Source: Tubulanus polymorphus (Eukaryota > Animalia > Nemertea). From it: 64,000 bases of DNA. Positions 1 to 10,384 of this stretch are shown here, one piece after another. The stretch spans positions 6,994,275 through 7,058,274 of the forward strand of contig NC_134032.1 in the NCBI RefSeq assembly GCF_964204645.1, in the 5' to 3' direction. The notes under the pieces are model-generated. The model did no database searches and was not told where the DNA came from. It was given only the letters and a program-made list of their open reading frames with translations. The stretch's first letter is position 1, and the number at the start of each line of letters is the position of its first letter. A program made the translations under genes and the position numbers.

Positions 1-438
1 AAATAATCGAGAACTAAGAAAAAGAACATAGATATCAGTGCCGGTTTTGAAAGAAAACTGAGAAGAGTAGGTAGATTAATAAAATATGAAAAATTCAAAA
101 TATTAGGATTAGCATTTAGTGAAGTAGTAAGACATTTACCAGAAATTGAAGAAATGATTGGAAACAATCCAGTAATTAAAGAATTCTGGACAAAATTATA
201 AATTATAATACTGAAGGTCTTTGTAATATAGATATCAAAAAATGTAATCTCGATTGTATATATCTGTTTTAATATTGTATTGTTTACTGTTAACTAAGTA
301 TTGCGCAATAACCGGTCCGATTGAACCGCTTTTCTATTGTTCTCCATTGTTCTATTATCGATCGCTAAAATTTACATAATAAATATATGTGTTTATGAAA
401 TTAGATTTCCACCAGTCGTTTCTTTGAATTTATTTTCA

Positions 439-471
439 GTTTGAGGATTTATTATCGAGGATCCGAAATGA
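439..471 (+). pseudogene. 3' remnant of the E1 HNH nuclease gene
   Basis: gtttgaggatttattatcgaggatccgaaatga and the following ~60 nt match the reverse complement of the E2 HNH 3' end and UTR (42901-42990). Confidence 0.7.
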
Positions 472-775
472 CTTATCTGGACAGTTATAATTACTGCTCC
501 TAATAGATAGACAATAGTAGTGAGATATTAAATCCTAATTTAAATAAAATATAATAAAAAAACAATAACTTCAACTAGCTAGTCAATTCTATTATATTTT
601 CAATATTTTCTTTTGGTAATTCTAATTGACATTAGATTGAATAGATTTTGAATAGATTTGAATAGAAATTCTTTAACTTTAACTAACCTAGTCAATTTAG
701 TATTAACCTAAAGAGATACTAGTATCATTTGAAGAATATTTATAATATTTTTTTTGCTTTTTTCCTCTAATATAA

Positions 776-1378
776 ATGTCAAAGAAATCTAATAAGAATA
801 GTATTGATATTGAAAAAACATTAGATGATTTGGGTATTAGTGATAATAAAGATACAGTTGTTTCTAATTCTATTCAAGTTAATAACAATATAGATTATGA
901 ATACTATTTATATTGTAAGCATCATATAGAACTATTGATTGCGAGTGGAAAAACTAAAGAGTTTATTGGTAAAACAATAACTTTTCAAGAATTAGATAAT
1001 ATGAATAAAGAAAAAGTAATAAAATATTTTAAGATTTATGAAGAAGCTCGATTAGCTAGAATAAATGATTCTATTTCAGATGGTATTGTAAAATGTTATT
1101 CTAAGTTATGTAACCAGTTAATACCAATTGATAATGAAAATAAATTATATAGTGATTTGAAAAATGACTACTTAGTTATGACTGAATTACAAAAATGGGT
1201 TGGATATGCTTCATTTCAATTAGGATCGGTTATGACATTGATTTCTACTGGCGTCATAACATTTTCGAATATCAAGCCTATGGAATATAAATCAGGTAAG
1301 AACGAAACAGATGTACTACAACCAAACAGTGAAACAGAAAATGAATCAGAACAAAAATTAACTAAAATAAATGAGTGA
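776..1378 (+). CDS. Conserved Polinton protein of unknown function with a C-terminal hydrophobic segment
   Basis: 200 aa; orthologues at 42062-42658 and 55650-56258; hydrophobic stretch YASFQLGSVMTLISTGVITF. Confidence 0.75.
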   Translation: MSKKSNKNSIDIEKTLDDLGISDNKDTVVSNSIQVNNNIDYEYYLYCKHHIELLIASGKTKEFIGKTITFQELDNMNKEKVIKYFKIYEEARLARINDSISDGIVKCYSKLCNQLIPIDNENKLYSDLKNDYLVMTELQKWVGYASFQLGSVMTLISTGVITFSNIKPMEYKSGKNETDVLQPNSETENESEQKLTKINE

Positions 1379-1769
1379 TGGAGTTAAGAAAAAGGCTAGA
1401 TCCGAGAAACAAATTAAATGGGCAAGAGAATTAGGTAAAAGATCATCAGAATTAAAAAAAGCTAAGAAAAAGAAATTAACTGATATAAATGAATCACAGA
1501 CTTTATCTGATGGTGCCGTACAGCACCCACACGGTGGTATTGATTCAAATAATAATCCATCTAATTCTTCTAATGCTGGAAGTAATTATAAATTATATAT
1601 TACAATTGGATTAGTAACAGTTATTATATTATCCGGTGTAATATATAAATCAAAATTCAAATCTGATGATAAAGATGATTCCAATGACAATCGGAAACAT
1701 ATTATACCAGAAAATAAGTCAAATCATAAAGTCATTGAAACTAAATCTAAATTATTATTAATGGATTAA
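1371..1769 (+). CDS. Small basic single-pass membrane protein
   Basis: K/R-rich N-terminus; TM-like LYITIGLVTVIILSGVIY; present in all three copies. Confidence 0.75.
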   Translation: MSDGVKKKARSEKQIKWARELGKRSSELKKAKKKKLTDINESQTLSDGAVQHPHGGIDSNNNPSNSSNAGSNYKLYITIGLVTVIILSGVIYKSKFKSDDKDDSNDNRKHIIPENKSNHKVIETKSKLLLMD

Positions 1770-1775
1770 AATAAG

Positions 1776-2860
1776 ATGAAAAAAGAACAATATTTAAGAG
1801 ATTTATATTATAACCCAGAAAGTGAAGTATCATATTCTAACGTTTCAGAATTATGGAATAAAATTAAATCTGATAAAGAAAAAATAAAATATAGTGAATT
1901 AAAATCATGGTTACAAAATCAACCCACATATCAAATTCATAAAAAGATGGATAAAAAATATTTAACAAGAAAAGTAATGGTTTCATATATTGATCAACAA
2001 TGGCAAGCTGATTTAATTGATATGAAAAACTTAGAAGAATATAACAAAGGATATTTCTGGATATTAAATGTTATAGATATATTCAGTAGATACGCATGGA
2101 GTATCCCGATTAAAAATAAAACTGGTATAGAAGTTACAAATTCTTTCAAATTAATATTTAAAGAAGCTATCCCAGATAAAATACAATTTGATGAAGGTAA
2201 AGAATTTTATAACAAACATTTCAAAAAACTATTATCTGATAACGATGTAGAATATTTTTCAACGCATTCAGATAAAAAAGCATCTGTTATAGAAAGATTT
2301 AATAAAACATTGAAAACTAGAATGTGGAAATATTTCACCGCTAATGAAACATATAAATATATCGATGTGTTAGATGATTTAGTTAAAGGTTATAATTATT
2401 CTAAACATAGTTCTATAAATATGAAACCTATACAAGCTAGAAAAGAAGAAAATTCAGAAATAGTTTGGAATAATTTATATGGAGCATTTGTTACACATGA
2501 TTTTGGAGAACCTAAATTTAAAATAGGACAACATGTTAGAATTTCTAAATATAGAAAAACATTTTATAAAGGTTATACCCCTAATTTTACTGAAGAAATA
2601 TTTAAAATTAAAAAGATAATATTAACTAAACCATTTGTTTATAAATTGTTTGATATAAAGATGAAGAAATATTAGGTTATTTTTATGAACAAGAATTATC
2701 ATTAGTACCAAATCCAGATGAAATAGAATACAAAATAGAAAAGGTATTAAAAACTAAAACTCTTAAAGGAAAAAAGTATTCTTTGGTGAAATATAAAGGA
2801 TATGATGATAGATTTAATGAATGGATTTTATCTAGTAAAATTAAAAGAATAAATGAATAA
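1776..2860 (+). pseudogene. Retroviral-like (rve) integrase with chromodomain, frameshifted near 2655
   Basis: WQADL, IDIFSRYAW, QFDEGKEF, IERFNKTLK motifs; 1-nt deletion relative to the intact E3 copy detaches the chromodomain. Confidence 0.9.
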
Positions 2861-3464
2861 AGATTTGTTTATATTTGAACCACATAATATGTTAGTTACT
2901 GGAGTAACCAATTGTGGTAAAACACACTTCATATTATATTTATTAGAAACTATTTATAAAAATCATTTTGATAATATAATATTATTCTGCCCAACTTATG
3001 AAATGAATGAAACGTATAATAGAGATATAGTTAAGATAAAAAAGTTTATTATATTAGACCCTAAAACAGTAAAAGATAATTTAGATAATTGTATAAAAAT
3101 TGCATTAGATATTTATAAAGGATCTAATACATTATTTATTATTGATGATTGCGCAAATTTACATGATTCTAAAATTAGAGAAAGTGAGTTATGTTATTTA
3201 GCTTTCTCTGGTAGACATTTTGGGATAACAACATGGGTTTTAAATCAGAAATATAATTCAATTGTGAAAGACTTTAGGGAGAATATAAGATTTCTAGTTT
3301 TATTCTACAACAAAGATAGAAAATCTATGCAACAATCATTGGAAGAAAATCAAATTATACCTCCTGAATTACATGATGAATATATGAATAAATTAAAGAA
3401 TAATAAAGGTTCCAAATTACTTATGAGATTACAATTTCCATATGAATATGAATTTATAAAATAA
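2853..3464 (+). CDS. A32/FtsK-like DNA packaging ATPase
   Basis: Walker A GVTNCGKT, Walker B LFIIDD, GRH motif. Confidence 0.92.
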   Translation: MNKDLFIFEPHNMLVTGVTNCGKTHFILYLLETIYKNHFDNIILFCPTYEMNETYNRDIVKIKKFIILDPKTVKDNLDNCIKIALDIYKGSNTLFIIDDCANLHDSKIRESELCYLAFSGRHFGITTWVLNQKYNSIVKDFRENIRFLVLFYNKDRKSMQQSLEENQIIPPELHDEYMNKLKNNKGSKLLMRLQFPYEYEFIK

Positions 3465-3479
3465 CTATTTGTATACCTA

Positions 3480-3546
3480 TGTATTAGATACCCCAATACC
3501 TAATACCCATTAGATACCCTAATACCTGATACCCTATTAGATACCT
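3480..3546. repeat. Short repeat cluster (ATTAGATACC / AATACC) between convergent genes
   Basis: attagataccc repeated with aatacct/gatacc; same array in E2 at ~39862-39940. Confidence 0.7.
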
Positions 3547-3603
3547 TAAATAATTAAAACCTTTTTTTAATTTACTATTATTTTATACAATTTTCAACTT
3601 TTA

Positions 3604-4509
3604 TTATTCGAGTGTTAGATAATTAATTTCTGAATCACTTTCACTATCAGACGGCCCTAACAACATATTTAACTGCTCTACCGAATCTACATCAACATCT
3701 TTATAATTTTTTTTCACCTTTTTTACCGAATCATCAATAGTTGTTTCATTGTTATGCTTATTCATCCTTTCTATCATATCATCAATAGTTACTACTTTAT
3801 GTTTCATAGAATCTTTATTATCAATATGCTTATCTGTAACTATATCACCATGTGGGTGCTGTATGGCACCATTTTCATTATCATCTTTATTAGTGTTTGC
3901 TCCTAATATTTCATTTACAGTGTTTGATCCTAATATTTCATTAGCATCGGTTAAATCTAATTCATCGTTATTAGGTGTTGCTAATAATAAATCTTTATAT
4001 AATTCTTTACCATTTACTTTTTTATTTGAAACAAATTTTGTAACATATCTAAATGGGTGTTCTATAAATTCTTTTTTTCCAACACGTTCTATAACATTAG
4101 TAATATGTGAATTTGTATTCATATGTTTATTCCAATTTGATGGAGCGTTTGAAAATTCACCATTACAATAACCACAATAATTTCTATTTTCACTAACATC
4201 TAATATTATTTTATTATTAGATGTAGTAGGTATTACAGATGTAGTAGGTATTACAGATGTAGTAGGTATTACAGATGTAGTAGGTATTACAGATGTAGTA
4301 GTAGGTATTACATTATTATCAATTACACTATTATTAACAACACCACTTTTATTATTACGTTCAATTAAATATTCTTTGTATTGATTTAATTCATTTAATA
4401 AAAATGTTCCAATATATTCATTTATTCTTTTATAAGGTATTATATAATACAAATCATCATTGATTTCTTTATCAGCTTTGATTCTTTCATATACTTTACC
4501 TCCTTCCAT
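3604..4509 (-). CDS. Variable protein with VIPTTS repeats and a C2H2 (U1-like) zinc finger
   Basis: 18-bp tandem repeat at ~4219-4312; CGYC...H...H motif. Confidence 0.7.
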   Translation of the reverse strand: MEGGKVYERIKADKEINDDLYYIIPYKRINEYIGTFLLNELNQYKEYLIERNNKSGVVNNSVIDNNVIPTTTSVIPTTSVIPTTSVIPTTSVIPTTSNNKIILDVSENRNYCGYCNGEFSNAPSNWNKHMNTNSHITNVIERVGKKEFIEHPFRYVTKFVSNKKVNGKELYKDLLLATPNNDELDLTDANEILGSNTVNEILGANTNKDDNENGAIQHPHGDIVTDKHIDNKDSMKHKVVTIDDMIERMNKHNNETTIDDSVKKVKKNYKDVDVDSVEQLNMLLGPSDSESDSEINYLTLE

Positions 4510-4541
4510 TTATTATATATATTTTTATTAAAGTTAAAATT

Positions 4542-5789
4542 TTAATACATAACACTATCTAATTGTGAATTTACAATATTTAATTGCGCGTCAGAGATAA
4601 TATAAATGTGCATTTTAAAATTTTTGATTCCCTTTTTCTTTGTCATGAATAATTGTATTCCATCTTTAGTGTTCTGTAGTTTTTTTCCAGAACCATGTAA
4701 TGAATTATCCTCTGTTGTTCTAAAATCTAACCATAATGCATATTTATTACCGGTATAATAATCAATTTGATTAATGTTACAATTTTCAAATGATTTTATT
4801 TTTTCATTCATAAAATGTTTTTTAATTTCTACCCATTGATCAATCATTCTCATTCCTTGACAAAATATTTTATTTGCTATACCTTCGATAGTTATTTCTA
4901 CTTTTGTTATTTCAGGATTATAATAATTATCAACATTTATTGCACCATTAGTATACGTTCCAATGGTAAAAAATATTAATATACCTTTAATAGATCTTCT
5001 AGGGAAGTTAATATTCTCATTAATTATTTCATCATTTGCATTAATAGTTACAGTTTTAAATTTATCAATATAATCATATAATAATGAAAACCCTTGATTG
5101 TATTGAGTTTGAATTATACTTGAAATATTTTCATCAGTTACCGTATCATATTCTAAACATATATTCGATAATTTATAACTCATATCTTTATTAACGCTAG
5201 ATAATACAATTTCATTTACAGGAGCAAATGTTATCTCAAATATAATATCTTCTTGAATTGCGTATTTATATAAAGGTGCATTATTATTTATCAATTCAAA
5301 ATCTAATGGAATTTTATATTTGCTTCCATATATACTTTTTATCAATTTATCTACATCATTTGTTAATATTGCGCTATTAGCTTCTGATCTTAATTTATTT
5401 TGGTTTTCTGATTGGATTCCTTGAAATATCATATTATTTCTATTTTCTTTAGTTAACCATAAATCTTTGTAATGCATAAATAAATTATAATCATCTAATG
5501 AGAAAACTGTTTCTGGACCAATCTTTATTGTTAACTTTTTAATCAAATATCTTCCAACATTATCAACGACATAATTATTATTATTACCGATTACTTTTAT
5601 ATCAGCTGATAAATAAATACTATTTGGAACATAAAAAGTATTTTGTGTTAATCTAGGAATTCTAACATATAAAGTTTCATCGGGATTAATATTTGAAGGA
5701 TTATGAGTAATTATATGATGTGATCTTTCTGCTTTAATAGCATTAGATATTCTATGATTCTTCGAAGGACTTATATAACTCCCACTCAT
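4542..5789 (-). CDS. Major capsid protein (double jelly-roll, inferred)
   Basis: 415 aa beta-rich protein, highly conserved between copies; motifs such as KYALWLDFRT...LHGSG resemble Polinton MCPs. Confidence 0.8.
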   Translation of the reverse strand: MSGSYISPSKNHRISNAIKAERSHHIITHNPSNINPDETLYVRIPRLTQNTFYVPNSIYLSADIKVIGNNNNYVVDNVGRYLIKKLTIKIGPETVFSLDDYNLFMHYKDLWLTKENRNNMIFQGIQSENQNKLRSEANSAILTNDVDKLIKSIYGSKYKIPLDFELINNNAPLYKYAIQEDIIFEITFAPVNEIVLSSVNKDMSYKLSNICLEYDTVTDENISSIIQTQYNQGFSLLYDYIDKFKTVTINANDEIINENINFPRRSIKGILIFFTIGTYTNGAINVDNYYNPEITKVEITIEGIANKIFCQGMRMIDQWVEIKKHFMNEKIKSFENCNINQIDYYTGNKYALWLDFRTTEDNSLHGSGKKLQNTKDGIQLFMTKKKGIKNFKMHIYIISDAQLNIVNSQLDSVMY

Positions 5790-5812
5790 TTATTTAACAA
5801 AAAAAATTAATT

Positions 5813-5884
5813 ATTTATTTTTTGATATCATGGTTTACTTGATATTTTTTGATATCATGGTTTACTTGATATATTTTGATATCA
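5813..5884. repeat. 27-bp tandem repeat upstream of MCP
   Basis: gatattttttgatatcatggtttactt x~2.5; x~3 in E3 (61120-61206); absent in E2. Confidence 0.75.
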
Positions 5885-7451
5885 TATTTACTAAACCAAA
5901 AATAATAGCACTTACAACTGTAATTAAAAATAAAATAATATGTTCAGCAGCAAAGTTAATAATGTTTCCTGCAGATTTCAATATAAAACCAACAATTGAA
6001 GCAATAACTCCTGGCAATGCTGCAGCAGATCTTTTAGATAGTTCCCATAAATATTTTGCTAATTTCTTTAAACCATCTTTAACTTTATCTTGTATAGAAT
6101 TATTGCCTGGAGGTTTATCTGGTTTATTGGGAGTGGGAGTAGGAGTAGATTTTAAAGCATTTGATATAGCTAAACCAATTGTTGTGAATAACATAGTTAC
6201 AGCTGTTAGAATTGAAAGAATTGTTATTCCTTCTTATTTAAATAATAACTTTATTCTGTCTTTTAATGATATTTCAGAATTTGGTTTAATCAACAAATCT
6301 TTAAAAATAACTTTTAATCTATTAATATTATAATCATATGATTTTAATAATAATTTAATTTCTTCTTTTTGTAATTCTATGTTATATTCTAAATCATCAA
6401 TTTCTTTTTCTAAATATGCATTTCTTTTTTTAAATTCAATTTCTTCAATAACTTTATTATCTCTATCTAATTTTAATTGTTCTATTTCTTTATTTTTATC
6501 AGTTAATTCTTTTTCTAAAGTTCTAATTTTAAAATCTCTTATACTTTTATCATGCGCAATTTTATCAGCTGATTTTTGCGTACCTTTAATTTCTCTACGT
6601 GTTTGTTCAGGAAATGCTTCTAATTCATCATTAGTTAAATCAAGTAATCCTTTTTCTAGTAAATATTGCAGTCGATTTATTCCAGCACTATTCATCTCTT
6701 TTTCTGAATCTCTTAATCTATCAATTTGTTTTTCTAATTGTAATTGTAATTGTAATTGACTTGAATCATTATCAATTGGTTGAGTGTCTCTTCTCGATGT
6801 TTCGGGTGTTGAAGATCTTAATTTATCTTATCGATCTCTATTCTCTTCCATTTCTGTTTCTAAATTATTATCGATTGTTTCAAATAATTCATTAATTCTT
6901 ATTTTAAATAATTTTTTATAGTGATCTATTTCTTCTTTTGTTACATCTTCTAGTTTATTATTATAAATAATTTTCTTAATTCTATCTGGTTCTAACTTAA
7001 GCAAAGTTGATTCTGCTAATATTTTGTTTTGATTTTTATAAGAGATATTAATATAATATTCACCATTTAAATTATCACCATCCAAATAATAATAATATTC
7101 ACCATCTAAATATTTTAAATCTTTTACTAAAAGTCTAGCGCCTCTATCATTTATATTATAACCAGATTCTTCAAATAAAGGTTTAAAATCATCAATAAAT
7201 TCATTATATTCTAATTCTTGTCTTGCTAAATCTGGATTTTCATTTTCAGTATTTATTCTCTTTCTATTTGTTCTATCAAATTCATCTGTTGATGGGATTT
7301 TAGAACCACTATCTGCTAAATTAGAATTATATGCTGATTCATCATCATTATCAATATTAGTTTCTGCATCATTATAATCATCATCAATATATCCTTCATT
7401 ATTATTTCCCATTTCTCCCATTTCATAATCTTCTCCACCTTCTACATCCAT
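5862..7451 (-). pseudogene. Acidic/coiled-coil protein with C-terminal TM helices; two in-frame stops
   Basis: ORF pieces 6828-7451, 6234-6695 and 5862-6194 share one frame; intact orthologue at 61182-62639. Confidence 0.8.
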
Positions 7452-7467
7452 TTACATAATAAAAAAA

Positions 7468-8883
7468 TTAAAATTTAAAATATAATATTCCTCCGATTAC
7501 AATTCCTATACAAGTTATAGCTAATTTAGTATTTTCATGTGATTTATTATCATCATTAGTTTTAATTATATCATGTTGAATAATATCAGTTTTAATATCA
7601 CCGTGTGGGTGCCGTACGGCACCATTTTCTGATGTATTGTAATCTTTTATTTTGGAATCATTAACCAATTTAATATTCTTAGTTTTAGTTTCTGTTGATT
7701 GAATATGTTTTTTATTTTTTTCACCTTCCATTAATTTTGGAGCAGTAATAATCTTTTTATTTATATCATTTAATCCAAATGAATTATTTATTGTTGCAGT
7801 TTTAATTAGATTATTATAACCAATTATATTTCCCATCTTCAATACTAAATCATTAGAAATAATTAATAGATTAGGGCCTATACAATAATTAAGTCTTACA
7901 TGAGATTTATCTAAATAATTTTGATATCTTATAATGTTTTCTGGAATCGATCTATTTTTATCATTATGAATTGAATCTTCAAATAAAACTTTAAATTGTT
8001 TTTGTGTATCGAATGATGTATTCAAATTTCCAATTATCGGTGATCTTGTTTCAACTTGTGATCCTAGAATACATATCAAATAAGTTCTAATAGATTGATT
8101 TATTCTTTCTATACCTGATTTAGTAAAACCTTCACTATTTTCTAAAATAAAATAAACCCAACCATTATTGTTTTCTTGTTTTGAATTATCATAAAATTTT
8201 GGTAATTTATTGAAATATAATGTTTCTAAATCTTTTGTTTCTATTTTACCATAACCTAATTTATTATTATAGATATTATAAAAACTATTAGATGGTATGG
8301 GAAGTGCACAATATTCTGCAATCTTTTTAGGGCAAGGAAGTGATCTTATTGTTCCAATTTTTGTTCTAAAATCAGAATTATTTATATCTATATTAAATTC
8401 ATTACAAATTTTATAAAACTTAGATAAATTAATATTGTTATCTAATTCTTTGAAATACCTAGATCCTGGTAAAGCGCACTCTAATTCATTTAATATTATT
8501 CTGATTTGAAAGTATGTATGAAATCTAAATAAACTTTGAATTAGTTTATATTTAGAATTATTCAAATGATCATTCCAACTAATTCCACATCCTGTTGTTG
8601 CACAATAAACAGCAAAATTTAATTGATTCTGCCAATACTTCATATTAGATTTTAATAACCATTGTTTTTCATCTTTCAATTTTTTAAAATTAATTAAATA
8701 TATATGAAATATATTTTCCATCTTTGCATTAAAATTATTAGTTTCAGTAACATAAATTTCTAAATTAGTTAATGAATCTAAAACTTCATTTCTATATGTA
8801 ATATCTTTATTAAAATCTATTGCTGGAATATTATATTTAATTGATTTATTATATCGGAAAGCTTTTGGAAAACTATCTACCAT
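7468..8883 (-). CDS. Conserved Polinton protein with C-terminal TM anchor, function unknown
   Basis: 471 aa; YWQNQLNFAVYCATTGCGISW conserved in all copies; terminal LAITCIGIVIGGILYF. Confidence 0.75.
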   Translation of the reverse strand: MVDSFPKAFRYNKSIKYNIPAIDFNKDITYRNEVLDSLTNLEIYVTETNNFNAKMENIFHIYLINFKKLKDEKQWLLKSNMKYWQNQLNFAVYCATTGCGISWNDHLNNSKYKLIQSLFRFHTYFQIRIILNELECALPGSRYFKELDNNINLSKFYKICNEFNIDINNSDFRTKIGTIRSLPCPKKIAEYCALPIPSNSFYNIYNNKLGYGKIETKDLETLYFNKLPKFYDNSKQENNNGWVYFILENSEGFTKSGIERINQSIRTYLICILGSQVETRSPIIGNLNTSFDTQKQFKVLFEDSIHNDKNRSIPENIIRYQNYLDKSHVRLNYCIGPNLLIISNDLVLKMGNIIGYNNLIKTATINNSFGLNDINKKIITAPKLMEGEKNKKHIQSTETKTKNIKLVNDSKIKDYNTSENGAVRHPHGDIKTDIIQHDIIKTNDDNKSHENTKLAITCIGIVIGGILYFKF

Positions 8884-8900
8884 TTATATCATTAAAAAAA

Positions 8901-9335
8901 TTAATAATTTATTAATTCTTTTAATAATTTATCTTGTTCTTCAACTGTTATATGACCATTTAAACTTATTATATAATCTAGTGTATTCTTTAATTTATTA
9001 AGTTCTTTTATATTAGTTGTAATTTTTTCTTTATTACTTTTTATATTTAATTTTGAACTTATACCAGTTAAAACACTTGAACTTAATCCTAATACACCAA
9101 TTGATATAGCTAATGGTGTTAATGGACTGAATATTGCTAAAAATGTTATTACAGAACTAATTGTAACCGAACCACTTATAATCAAATAATATATAATTTT
9201 ACTTTTTAAATATTTTTTCTTTTTTATCTTTAAGTCACTTTCAAATTCTAATATTTGTTTTTCTAAATATGTTTTTAATTTAGTTTTATTTATATCATGA
9301 GGAATAATATCAATATTATCAACTTTATCTTCCAT
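8901..9335 (-). CDS. Two-TM small membrane protein
   Basis: IIYYLIISGSVTISSVITFLAIF / LAISIGVLGLSSSVLTGI; orthologue at 34646-35080. Confidence 0.75.
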   Translation of the reverse strand: MEDKVDNIDIIPHDINKTKLKTYLEKQILEFESDLKIKKKKYLKSKIIYYLIISGSVTISSVITFLAIFSPLTPLAISIGVLGLSSSVLTGISSKLNIKSNKEKITTNIKELNKLKNTLDYIISLNGHITVEEQDKLLKELINY

Positions 9336-9354
9336 TTATTTAGAATAAAAATTA

Positions 9355-9779
9355 CTAATTAGTAAACTTATAAGCAACAAATATAACAATAACAGTTCCA
9401 CCTAAAATCCATATTATTTCATATTTCTGTTGTTCTTTACTTGGGGTATAATAATCTGATAATTTAGGTTTGTATAGATGTAATTTTTCTTTATTTGTTA
9501 CTGCGTTATATAAACTCATTGCATCATCAACTGATTGAAAATCTCTATTTGAAATCTTCTGATCATATAATTCTTTATTGATGTAATCCATATAGTTTTG
9601 TCGTTTTTTTTTCTATATTCTTCTGCAGCTTTATTGTATTTCTCTAACGCTAAGTTATGTCTTCTTTGTTCTCCTAATGAACTATTTTTATCAATATGTT
9701 TAAATAAATAACCACCACCAGTAAATGCTAAAGCGTTAACAATTGCCGATCCTATAATAGTTATAATTGCAGAAGCCAT
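9355..9779 (-). pseudogene. Small protein with N-terminal amphipathic helix and C-terminal TM, frameshifted in an A-run
   Basis: Two ORF pieces join to give the intact 141-aa orthologue at 34204-34629. Confidence 0.8.
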
Positions 9780-9804
9780 TTATTTAGCAAAAAAAATTAT
9801 GCAT

Positions 9805-10026
9805 TTATATGGGAGGAATATATTTTTGTTTTTCCAAATAATCAATAGTTAAATTAGATAAAGTAACTGCTAATGTTAATTTTAGAATATCATTTATATC
9901 AAATCTATCAACATTAACACTTCCCATTTTGAATACTTTTTTTAATACCATTGAATAACCAACCGTTCCAACTGATAGTAATGCGCCATTATATAATCCA
10001 GTTATTATCCACTTATTATCACTCAT
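9805..10026 (-). CDS. 73-aa hydrophobic protein
   Basis: Near-identical in E2 (33958-34179); TAAATG start. Confidence 0.7.
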   Translation of the reverse strand: MSDNKWIITGLYNGALLSVGTVGYSMVLKKVFKMGSVNVDRFDINDILKLTLAVTLSNLTIDYLEKQKYIPPI

Positions 10027-10368
10027 TTATTTATCAAAAAAATTACTATCATCAAAATATTTAGTTAACTTATTTATGATTAATTCAACATTTATTTCAT
10101 TACTAGTTTTATGATTATCATATATTTTGGTTAATATGTTTTTAATATCATCAATAATTCCATCTTCATTTAATTCATAATATTCTAAAGGTGATTTAAT
10201 TAAATCAATTACTTTTTCTATATTATAATTTTCTTTATCAATCATTGATGCATTGTTAAATGATTTACTTTTTATATCAGTAATTACATCATTTAGTTTA
10301 ATTCTCATTTCTTTACCATGTTTAAAATCAAACCCAAAACATATACTCGGTCCAACAGTTATATTCAT
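10027..10368 (-). CDS. 113-aa protein of unknown function
   Basis: Orthologue with an internal stop at 33626-33957. Confidence 0.65.
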   Translation of the reverse strand: MNITVGPSICFGFDFKHGKEMRIKLNDVITDIKSKSFNNASMIDKENYNIEKVIDLIKSPLEYYELNEDGIIDDIKNILTKIYDNHKTSNEINVELIINKLTKYFDDSNFFDK

Positions 10369-10384
10369 TTATATAGTGAAAAAA

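Noticed and set aside
3749-6759. Antisense ORFs (3749, 5830, 6379; also 36317, 36870, 39008, 61123, 61693, 62026)
   Set aside because: Shadows of real genes on the opposite strand; no TAAATG starts and biased composition
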